NCBI GenBank assembly: GCA_046594005.1
Contig: JBKJQM010000127.1
Location: 1 to 32,095 of the forward strand
Reading direction: 5' to 3'
Source: Mycobacteriales bacterium
GTDB lineage: Bacteria > Actinomycetota > Actinomycetes > Mycobacteriales > SCTD01
Length of the DNA stretch: 32,095 nucleotides
This document shows, one piece after another, positions 9,215 through 15,977 of the stretch. Each line of letters begins with the position of its first letter. Position 1 is the stretch's first letter. The notes under the pieces are model-generated. The model was not told where the DNA came from and made no database searches. It worked only from the letters and a program-made list of their open reading frames with translations. Position numbers and translations under genes: made by a program.

Positions 9215-12198
9215 ACCGTCCGCCTGCGGCGCAGCGTGACCGCACCGAGCAGGAGCAGCAGGGCTGCGAGCGCGGGGACACCGGCCGTGACGCCCGTCGC
9301 GGGCAGCTGCCCCGTGGCAGCCGGCCGGCCGGCGCCAGCGGGAGCGCCTGGGGTCGGTGCCGTCGCGGTGCCGGTCCCGGTGCCGGCCGTGCGGGCGCGG
9401 TGCGTCGAGAAGCCCACCACCTGCTGGAACGTCGGCCGGTTCTGCCAGTCGATCGGCCGCGTGCCGACGAGCCCGCCCGTGGTGGCCCGGATGAAGTCCT
9501 CGCTCTTGTCGTAGGTCAGCGCGCTGACCGTGGCCGCGCCCTGCTCGGCCAGGATGCGGGACGTCGCTGCAGCCAGCGAGGCGCGCAGCTGCGCGCGGCA
9601 GGTCGCGAGCGAGCCGCCGCCGCAGTACGTCTGGGAGTAGGCACCGGTGACCGAACGGCCCAGCACGGAGCGCAGGTCCTTGGAGACGTAGCCGTACCAG
9701 GCGACGCCGTTCCAGGACGACCCGAGCCCGAGGCGCGGGTGGTCGTCGATCTTCTGCGGCAGCTGGTCGACGAGGTCACCCAGCGTCCCCCGCAGCACGT
9801 CCTTGGCGACCGACTGGCCGGACGGGCCCTGCCACCACTCGTCGAACAGGGCGATGGCGGAGGCGTTCCCGTAGGTGCCGTCGCGGTCGCGGTCGACGCG
9901 GTGGGTCTGCGCCGCCAGCCACGCCTTGAGGGTGTCGATCGCCGGCTTCTGCGCCGGGTCGTCCCCGACGACGTCCAGCAGCAGCGGCAGCAGGACCTCG
10001 CCGCGCAGGTCGGTGGTCGCGGCGTCCTGCATGGCCTCGACGAGGCCGACCCGGGTGATCTTCCTGCCCCCGGCGATGCGCTCCCGGATACGCTTGTCCA
10101 GCAGCAGTGAGCGGTAGACCGGGCCGTAGCTCCAGGTGTTGTCGGCTGCCGAGAAGCCCGGCGCCTGCTTGTTGTTCCAGCTCGTCAGGTAGCCCTGCGG
10201 AGGGTTGGTCTGCTTCGGCTTGGCCGCGAACGGGATGAAGCCGCGCCAGTCGTAGGTGCGGTCGCCGAAGCGCGGCAGGTCGGCCGAGACGCCGGGCGCG
10301 CGTACGGGCAGCAGACCGCTCTTGAAGTAGGAGATGTCGCGGTCGTCGACGTAGAACCAGTTGAACGTGTAGTCCACGCCGTCGAAGGCGCGCTGGAAGC
10401 TGGCGGCGTCGTGGGTGAAGCCGGGGTCGTTGACGCGCGAGAAGCCCACCGCCGAGTCGAGCTCCTGGCCGTACGTCGAGCGCTGCAGCACCAGGGCGAC
10501 GGGCTTGCCGCCGACGGTGGTGCGCTCCTGGACGATGCCGTGGCGCGTGCGCTGCACCTGCAGCCGGACGACCTGCGGCTCGGCCGTGCCGGCCGCGGAC
10601 GGGAGGGCGGTCTCCTCGTGGACGTAGGCGTCGAACGGCGTGCACGTCCCGTCGACGAGGTAGGCCGTCGATCCGGTCGTGGGTGCGCTGCCGTCGACGT
10701 TGCACAGGCGCTCGGCGACGGTGTCGATGAGGTCGCCGGACGCTGAGGTGGCTGACCAGGCGTAGTCGACGCCGTGGCCGAGCTCGACCAGCAGCTGGGT
10801 CCCGGTGAAGGACACGCCGCGGGCGGCGATGCCGGGTCCGCGCAGGGAGACCTCGGTCAGCAGCTGAGGGGTGAAGTAGCCGGTCTGCGGGCCGAACACG
10901 ACGGTCGGGTGGCCGGACTCGGAGTGCGCGGCGTCCACGAGCAGGGCGTTGCTCATCCCGTGGGCGCGCAGGCCGAGGTCGAGCTTGCCGAACGGGCCGT
11001 CCAGCACGCCGAAGGTGGGCGACTCCGGGTCGGCGGCGGCGGGCACGGCGAGCCCCGCGCTGCCGGCGTCGCTGCCCGTCGCCGGCACCGCCGTCGCGGT
11101 CAGGTCGGGCAGGGCTGCGCCCGGCGCGGACGGGTCCACCGCCTTGCCCTCGTACGGGAAGCGGATCGACGCCGTGGTCGGCGCCTCCGGGTCGTTGCGC
11201 TCGCGGAAGTCCTCGAAGACCGAGATCGCCTTCGTGCGGCCGTACTTGGCCTCGAGCTGTCGCAGCCAGCGCGCGTTCGCGGTCTCGCCGCCACCGCCCT
11301 TGCCGAAGATGCCGCCGACCAGCGAGGCGATGTAGACGATGTCCGCGCGGGTGAAGTCGGTCGGCGGGTTGCGCAGCGCGGCGTACTCGACCGGGCAGTC
11401 CGGGCCGAAGCCGGCGCCGACCTGCGCCTCGCCTCCGGTGACGGCACCCACGGGTGCGCCGAACGCCAGGGGGCACAGCGCGCGCTGGGCAGCGTTGATG
11501 CCCTCGACGAAGGCGTCGAGGCGGCGCAGCAGGGCCGCCCCCTCCTTCGGGAACCGGGTGAGGGTCTTGTCGAGCTGCGCCTCGGCCTCGGCGCGGGTGT
11601 ACGCCGCCGCCTTGAGCTGGCTGGCGTCCATCGCGATGTTGCCGGGTGTGCCGCCGAGGAACTCCGCGCTGCGGGCTGCGCCGACGTGGCGCAGCAGGTC
11701 GGTGAGGAACATGCGGTCCTGCGTCCCGGCGTAGCCGGCGCCGTAGGCGACGTCCTCGGCGGTGACGCCGGTGATGAAGGGGACGCCGAAGCGGTCGCGC
11801 TGGACGCGCGTGCCGGGCCGCGGGGTCTCGGTGCTGACCACCTGGTCCGCGGGGAGGTCGATGGGCGCCTCCTTGAAGTACTTCGTCAGGTCCGAGGTCG
11901 CGAGCTGGCCGGGCGCCTTGGTGTTGATGGCGTCGTACATCTCGAGCTGGTCGGCGAAGTTCTGCGGTGTCGTCCCGCTCGCGATGCGGCTCGGGCCCAC
12001 GGCGACCGCGTCCGGAGCGGAGACGTTCCCCCGTGACCCCGGCGGCAGGATGTTCAGCACGGTGCTGCCGCCGTCGTACGTCGTGCTGCCGGCGGCGTGG
12101 GCGGGCAGGGCGGCGCCGACCAGGGCCAGCAGGACCGCACCGGTGGCGGCCAGGGCGGCCGGGGCCGTCGAGCGGGGACGGGACGCGGTGCGGATCAC
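9211..12198 (-). CDS. penicillin-acylase-family Ntn hydrolase with signal peptide and C-terminal LPXTG cell-wall sorting signal
   Basis: I trimmed the 1095-aa track ORF to the GTG at 12198, which has GAGGAG 6 nt upstream. The signal peptide reads VIRTASRPRSTAPAALAATGAVLLALVGAALPAHA. Penicillin-amidase-like features include the candidate beta-chain nucleophile context GMSNALLV...GPQTGYFTPQ. The C-terminus LPATG + VTAGVPALAALLLLLGAVTL + RRRRTV is a classical sortase signal. Confidence 0.85.
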   Translation of the reverse strand: MIRTASRPRSTAPAALAATGAVLLALVGAALPAHAAGSTTYDGGSTVLNILPPGSRGNVSAPDAVAVGPSRIASGTTPQNFADQLEMYDAINTKAPGQLATSDLTKYFKEAPIDLPADQVVSTETPRPGTRVQRDRFGVPFITGVTAEDVAYGAGYAGTQDRMFLTDLLRHVGAARSAEFLGGTPGNIAMDASQLKAAAYTRAEAEAQLDKTLTRFPKEGAALLRRLDAFVEGINAAQRALCPLAFGAPVGAVTGGEAQVGAGFGPDCPVEYAALRNPPTDFTRADIVYIASLVGGIFGKGGGGETANARWLRQLEAKYGRTKAISVFEDFRERNDPEAPTTASIRFPYEGKAVDPSAPGAALPDLTATAVPATGSDAGSAGLAVPAAADPESPTFGVLDGPFGKLDLGLRAHGMSNALLVDAAHSESGHPTVVFGPQTGYFTPQLLTEVSLRGPGIAARGVSFTGTQLLVELGHGVDYAWSATSASGDLIDTVAERLCNVDGSAPTTGSTAYLVDGTCTPFDAYVHEETALPSAAGTAEPQVVRLQVQRTRHGIVQERTTVGGKPVALVLQRSTYGQELDSAVGFSRVNDPGFTHDAASFQRAFDGVDYTFNWFYVDDRDISYFKSGLLPVRAPGVSADLPRFGDRTYDWRGFIPFAAKPKQTNPPQGYLTSWNNKQAPGFSAADNTWSYGPVYRSLLLDKRIRERIAGGRKITRVGLVEAMQDAATTDLRGEVLLPLLLDVVGDDPAQKPAIDTLKAWLAAQTHRVDRDRDGTYGNASAIALFDEWWQGPSGQSVAKDVLRGTLGDLVDQLPQKIDDHPRLGLGSSWNGVAWYGYVSKDLRSVLGRSVTGAYSQTYCGGGSLATCRAQLRASLAAATSRILAEQGAATVSALTYDKSEDFIRATTGGLVGTRPIDWQNRPTFQQVVGFSTHRARTAGTGTGTATAPTPGAPAGAGRPAATGQLPATGVTAGVPALAALLLLLGAVTLRRRRTV

Positions 12199-12376
12199 GG
12201 CACTCCTCAGCAGCGGAGGTCGTCCCCGCGTTGCAGGTGTCTTTCGACGGAGGGGCCCGCGGCACCTGCCCATCTCCGGACAATGCAGGACGAGACCGGA
12301 CGGCCGGCCGTAGATCGAGTGACAAGGATCTTCCCGTATCTCTTGGGGAATCCCGCCGCCCGCCGACAACGAACAG

Positions 12377-13204
12377 GTGGCCAGCCGGGTTGTGCAGCGC
12401 TCCGAGCGGTGGCTCGCCCGGTTCGGCGGCGACGTGCCGACTCTCGCGCACCTGCTGCTCGACGCCGCCCGGTCGGCAGCCGGCCGTCCTGACGGCATGT
12501 CGGACCTGCGCGAGAGCGCGCAGGGCCTGGGGGTCCTGCGCGCCCAGGAGGGGCACGCCGTCGCCGGGCTCGTCGAGGACCTCGTCTCGCTGCGCGAGGT
12601 GCTGATCGCCGACGGGCACCCGGCGGACGCCGCCCACGCGGTGGTCGACGTGGCGCTCTCGCTGGCCGCGGCCGCCTACGTCGACGAGCTCACCGCGGTC
12701 CTCGGCAGGAAGGCCACGCGCGACCCGCTCACGGGTCTGCCGAACCGCGCGGCCTTCGAGGAGGCGGTGCTGCACGAGATCGCCGGCGGACCCCGGTCGA
12801 CCCCGCCGGCTCTGGTCCTGGTCGACCTCGACCGCTTCAAGCTGGTCAACGACACCGACGGCCACCTTGCCGGGGACGCGGTCCTCGTCGCGGTGGCCGA
12901 TGTCCTGCGCAGCAACCTGCGCCCCTCGGACGTCGCCTGCCGGTTGGGCGGCGACGAGTTCGCGGTCGTCCTCGGACGCACCTCGCCGGCCAAGGCGCTG
13001 CAGATCGCGCGCCGGCTGCTCACGGCTGCCCGCGTCGCGCCGGGGCTGTCGAGCCCGGGCGCGCGCGTCACGTTCAGCATGGGGATCGGCTGGCTGCCGA
13101 CGCCGTCGGAGGCGCAGGACCTGGTGGCGCTGGCCGACGGTGCGCTGTACGCGGTCAAGCGCGCCGGCGGGGACGACGTCCGGACCGCCGAGGGCTCCGC
13201 GTGA
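12377..13204 (+). CDS. GGDEF diguanylate cyclase with a helical N-terminal domain and a canonical I-site
   Basis: 275 aa. Motifs present are DPLTGLPNRAAF, DLDRFKLVNDTDGHLAGD and GGDEF. An RPSD (RxxD) sits exactly 5 residues upstream of GGDEF. An alternative in-frame start is the ATG at 12497. Confidence 0.85.
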   Translation: MASRVVQRSERWLARFGGDVPTLAHLLLDAARSAAGRPDGMSDLRESAQGLGVLRAQEGHAVAGLVEDLVSLREVLIADGHPADAAHAVVDVALSLAAAAYVDELTAVLGRKATRDPLTGLPNRAAFEEAVLHEIAGGPRSTPPALVLVDLDRFKLVNDTDGHLAGDAVLVAVADVLRSNLRPSDVACRLGGDEFAVVLGRTSPAKALQIARRLLTAARVAPGLSSPGARVTFSMGIGWLPTPSEAQDLVALADGALYAVKRAGGDDVRTAEGSA

Positions 13205-14283
13205 TGGGGCGGCACAGCCGGCGCCGGCGGCACCGGCCGTACGGGGGCGCCGACCGGCTGCTCCTGCTCGCGTCGGTGCTCGGCGGGTCTGCCGAGACGG
13301 CGACCGCGCTGGTGCAGCAGGCTCGACGGGGCGTCGGCCGCGGCTGGACGCGCACCGCCGACCAGGAGCTGGTCCCGCTGCTCGCCGGGCTGGCGGACGC
13401 GCTGCCGGACGCCGACGAGGCACGGGGCCGCCTGCTGCAGGTGCTGGTCGACGTCGAGCACCGCCCGCTCGCCACGTGGGGTCCGCGAGTCTGCGGCAGC
13501 GTGGAGGAGGCGCGCCTGCTGCTCGAGGCCGCGCGCCGTCGGACGGGCACCGAGTCGCGCGGAACGGCCTGCCGCGGCTGGCGTCTGGTCGCGAGCCGCG
13601 ACCGGCTCACCCACGCCGAGCAGCAGGCAGCTGACGGTCATCTCGAGCTGTGCCGCCGGTGCCGCGAACGGCTCGCGGCGGTGGAGCGGAGCCGACGTGA
13701 GCTGATCGGTGCGGCCACCGCGACGGCCTCCCTCGTCGCCGCCGGAGCAGCCGTCGCCGGCGGCTCGGTCACGGCTGCGGCGGGCGGGCTGCTCGCCGGC
13801 AAGACCGCCGTTGCCGTCGTGGCTGCGCTCGGCACCGCGGTCGCCGTCGGCGGCGGCATCACGGTGGCGCAGGGGTCGGCCGTCGACCGGCCGCCCTCCT
13901 CGCCGTCCGTGCAGGTCGCGACCAGCAGTGCGCCGAGCCCGACGACGACGCCGCCGGCGAGCAGTCCTGCCGGTACGGCGCCGGTCCCCGGTACGTCGGT
14001 CACACCCGTGGTGCCCGCCGCTCCCGCAGCAGACGGAGGCGGTGCGTCTCCCACGACCGGTCCTGCCCAGGCGCCGCTGCCGGAGGCGAGCCTGCCGGCC
14101 GGCGCACCGGTGCTGCCTTCCCTGCCACCGCTGCCGGAGGTGTCCGTGCCGGTGCTGCCGTTGCCCCTGCCGTCGTCCCTGCTGCCCCCGTCGTCGCTGC
14201 CGCTGCCCCCGCTGCCCCCGCTGCCCCCGTTGCCCGTCCCGCTGCCGTCGTCGATCCAGGTGCCCTTCCCCGTCCTGCGCTGA
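13201..14283 (+). CDS. ZAS-motif (HxxxCxxC) anti-sigma-factor-like single-pass membrane protein with a Pro-rich extracytoplasmic tail
   Basis: 360 aa. The start GTG at 13201 (or ATG at 13204) overlaps the TGA of the upstream GGDEF gene (GTGATG). The N-terminus has sigma region-4-like stretches (ADRLLLLASVLGGSAETATALVQQARR and LLQVLVDVEHRPL...SVEEARLLLEAARRR). These are followed by GHLELCRRCRERL, an Ala/Gly-rich TM segment and a P/S/T/L-rich tail. Confidence 0.7.
   Translation: MMGRHSRRRRHRPYGGADRLLLLASVLGGSAETATALVQQARRGVGRGWTRTADQELVPLLAGLADALPDADEARGRLLQVLVDVEHRPLATWGPRVCGSVEEARLLLEAARRRTGTESRGTACRGWRLVASRDRLTHAEQQAADGHLELCRRCRERLAAVERSRRELIGAATATASLVAAGAAVAGGSVTAAAGGLLAGKTAVAVVAALGTAVAVGGGITVAQGSAVDRPPSSPSVQVATSSAPSPTTTPPASSPAGTAPVPGTSVTPVVPAAPAADGGGASPTTGPAQAPLPEASLPAGAPVLPSLPPLPEVSVPVLPLPLPSSLLPPSSLPLPPLPPLPPLPVPLPSSIQVPFPVLR
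14203..14229 (+). repeat. three perfect tandem copies of CTGCCCCCG (encoding LPP repeats)
   Basis: Read directly at 14203..14211, 14212..14220 and 14221..14229. A fourth identical copy lies at 14182..14190. All lie inside the Pro-rich tail of the ZAS-like ORF. Confidence 0.9.
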
Positions 14284-14431
14284 CGCGCGAGCGGGGACGA
14301 CTGCCCGCGGCCACGGAGTCGGGACCTTCGGCCCCTGCCGGTGCACCTGTTCGCGTGGACGATGGGGCGAGCCCGAAGGACCGACAGGGCCGCCCGACAC
14401 CACCACCCAGGCCCGACCCCGGAGGTCACCC

Positions 14432-14650
14432 GTGAACACCCGCCGCCTCGCCCTGCTCGCCGGCTCTGCCCTGCTGGTGCCGCTGGCGCTGGTGGTCACC
14501 GCCGGCCCCGCCCTCGCCGTTCCGCCGAGCCCCACGTTCGGCTCGCACGTCGCTTCGTGTGCGCAGATCTCGACCGGCTTCACCGCTGAGATGAACCCGA
14601 GTCACCACCACGGCCCCGACGCCGACGACATGACCGGCATGTCCTGCTGA
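14432..14650 (+). CDS. small secreted His/Met/Cys-rich peptide (72-aa precursor, about 43-aa mature); candidate metal (copper) binding
   Basis: GGAGG (14421..14425) lies 6 nt upstream of the GTG at 14432. The Sec-type signal reads VNTRRLALLAGSALLVPLALVVTAGPALA|VP. The predicted mature part is VPPSPTFGSHVASCAQISTGFTAEMNPSHHHGPDADDMTGMSC. Codons are GC3-rich. In the ORF track it is hidden inside a 313-aa shadow ORF. Confidence 0.7.
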   Translation: MNTRRLALLAGSALLVPLALVVTAGPALAVPPSPTFGSHVASCAQISTGFTAEMNPSHHHGPDADDMTGMSC

Positions 14651-14772
14651 CCGGGCGCGCCCCGGCGACAGGGGAGCGTGAGCGGCCCGCCGGCCGCTCC
14701 GCTCGCGTCCTGGCGACCTACGAGCGGGCCGCCCGCGGCTACGACCGGTACTGGCGGCGGCTGTGGCTCCTG

Positions 14773-15363
14773 GTGGCCGGCGGCGCCGCCGAGAAGGCGA
14801 TGCTCGACGCGGTGACCGCAGCCGTGACGTCCGCCGCCATGACGACGGCCGCCGGCCGGCCGCGGGTCCTGGACGCTGGTGCGGGCACCGGCGCGCTGTC
14901 CCGCCGGCTGGCGCAGCTGCTGCCCGGCACGCACCCCGTCCTCGTGGACCTCTCGCCGGGCATGCTCGAGGGCGCCCTCGACCTGGCCGACCCGCGGGCG
15001 GTCGCGTCGGTGGCGGCGCTGCCGTTCGCCGACGACACGTTCGACGTGGTCATGTCCGCCTGGGTCATCGAGACGGTCGACGACCCCGCCGCCGCGGTGA
15101 CGGAGATGCTGCGGGTGCTGAGGCCGGGCGGACTGGTCGCGTACTCGTTCTGCTCCCGTCCCGCCCGTCGCTGGGACCGGTGGCGGACCGGCCCGACGCG
15201 GGCGGTCGTCCACGCGCTGTTCGCCGGCCACTTCCTGCGCGAGGAGCGGACGCCGTTCCACGACTGCGCGGCGTCACGGCGCAGCTCGTTCGGATCCGGA
15301 GCGGCCTCGGTCGTGCTCCTCGGCAAGTGCTGCACCATCGCAGAGGCCGACAATACCCCTTAG
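14773..15363 (+). CDS. class I SAM-dependent methyltransferase (start probably upstream of the first canonical start codon)
   Basis: The SAM-binding motif is VLDAGAGTGALSRRL, followed by DLSPGML, FDVVMSAWVIE and LRPGGLV. The frame stays open upstream to 14590 and reads ...ARVLATYERAARGYDRYWRRLW, which looks like a genuine MTase N-terminus. No ATG/GTG/TTG precedes it in frame. Confidence 0.75.
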   Translation: MAGGAAEKAMLDAVTAAVTSAAMTTAAGRPRVLDAGAGTGALSRRLAQLLPGTHPVLVDLSPGMLEGALDLADPRAVASVAALPFADDTFDVVMSAWVIETVDDPAAAVTEMLRVLRPGGLVAYSFCSRPARRWDRWRTGPTRAVVHALFAGHFLREERTPFHDCAASRRSSFGSGAASVVLLGKCCTIAEADNTP

Positions 15364-15369
15364 GGGTAT
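15353..15369. promoter_or_regulatory. perfect 8-1-8 palindrome ATACCCCT-T-AGGGGTAT; candidate CsoR/RicR-type copper-repressor operator
   Basis: Read directly. It overlaps the TAG stop of the methyltransferase ORF and lies about 80 nt upstream of the 15450 start. The GC tract with TA flanks matches the general architecture of CsoR-family operators. The 1-nt spacer rules out an RNA hairpin. Confidence 0.55.
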
Positions 15370-15449
15370 CATCGGTCGGTCCCTTCGACGTGGGGGCAGG
15401 TGTGGAGCCCCGCCGCCTCGAGCGGCGGCGCCCAGGGAGCAGACATACC

Positions 15450-15890
15450 GTGACGAGCATGGGCGGGACTGCGGTGAGGACGAGGGCGGCCTACCCGCTC
15501 GCTGTCCTCGGCGTGCTGCTCGGGCTGCTCGCGATGCACGGCCTCGCCAGCGCCCACCACGCCGCTGCGAGCTCGGCCCGGCTCGTGACGCAGGACGTGC
15601 CCGACCCCGCGGCGCACCACCACGGCAGCGCCGTCGCGCTGTCCGCTGCTGCTCGCGACGTCGTGCTTGCCGCGCCAGCACGCCCGGCCTGTGACCAGGA
15701 CTGCCCTGCGGTCGTCGTGCTCTGCCTCGCGGTGCTGACCGGCGCCGCGCTCGCGCTGCTGCTGGCCGGCCGCCGCTCCCGGGCACTGCCTCTGCCGCCC
15801 GCGCGGCGTACCGCCGGCGCGCTTCCACGTCCGGCGCGACACGCTCGGGGGCCCGATCCCGTACGGGAGCTCTGCATCAGCAGGACGTAG
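15450..15890 (+). CDS. small His-rich membrane protein (resembles the DUF6153-type proteins that accompany DUF305 genes)
   Basis: 146 aa, with GGGAG about 10 nt upstream of the GTG at 15450. The N-terminal TM segment LAVLGVLLGLLAMHGLASAHH is followed by AAHHHGS, a Cys pair (ACDQDC) and a second TM segment VVVLCLAVLTGAALALLLAG. The family assignment is from memory only. Confidence 0.65.
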   Translation: MTSMGGTAVRTRAAYPLAVLGVLLGLLAMHGLASAHHAAASSARLVTQDVPDPAAHHHGSAVALSAAARDVVLAAPARPACDQDCPAVVVLCLAVLTGAALALLLAGRRSRALPLPPARRTAGALPRPARHARGPDPVRELCISRT

Positions 15891-15977
15891 GCCGACCGCC
15901 GCGCGCCACCGACCCCAAAGGCGCAGACGGCCCGACCCGCACGTCCCTGACACCCTCTTCCCGAACGGAGCACCACC

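Noticed and set aside
12199-12498. N-terminal extension of the penicillin-acylase ORF (the track gives 9211..12498).
   Set aside because: The extra 100 aa are not protein-like and would overlap the divergent GGDEF gene start. The GTG at 12198 has a GAGGAG SD and yields a proper signal peptide.
14182-14229. The tandem 9-bp repeats as a possible CRISPR or other non-coding repeat array.
   Set aside because: The repeat unit is far too short, has no spacers, and is in frame within a Pro-rich coding tail. No CRISPR-like array or cas gene occurs anywhere in the window.
14432-15363. The small peptide plus adjacent methyltransferase as a RiPP biosynthetic pair (precursor plus tailoring enzyme).
   Set aside because: The peptide has a classical Sec signal peptide rather than a RiPP leader. 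No cyclodehydratase, radical-SAM, lanthionine synthetase, protease or transporter is adjacent. A secreted metal-binding peptide is the more economical reading.
15411-15430. A 7-bp GC hairpin (CGCCGCC tcgagc GGCGGCG) considered as a terminator for the methyltransferase gene.
   Set aside because: The stem is short, has no U-tract, and lies inside the likely 5' leader of the next gene. I mention it only as a caveat to the operator interpretation.
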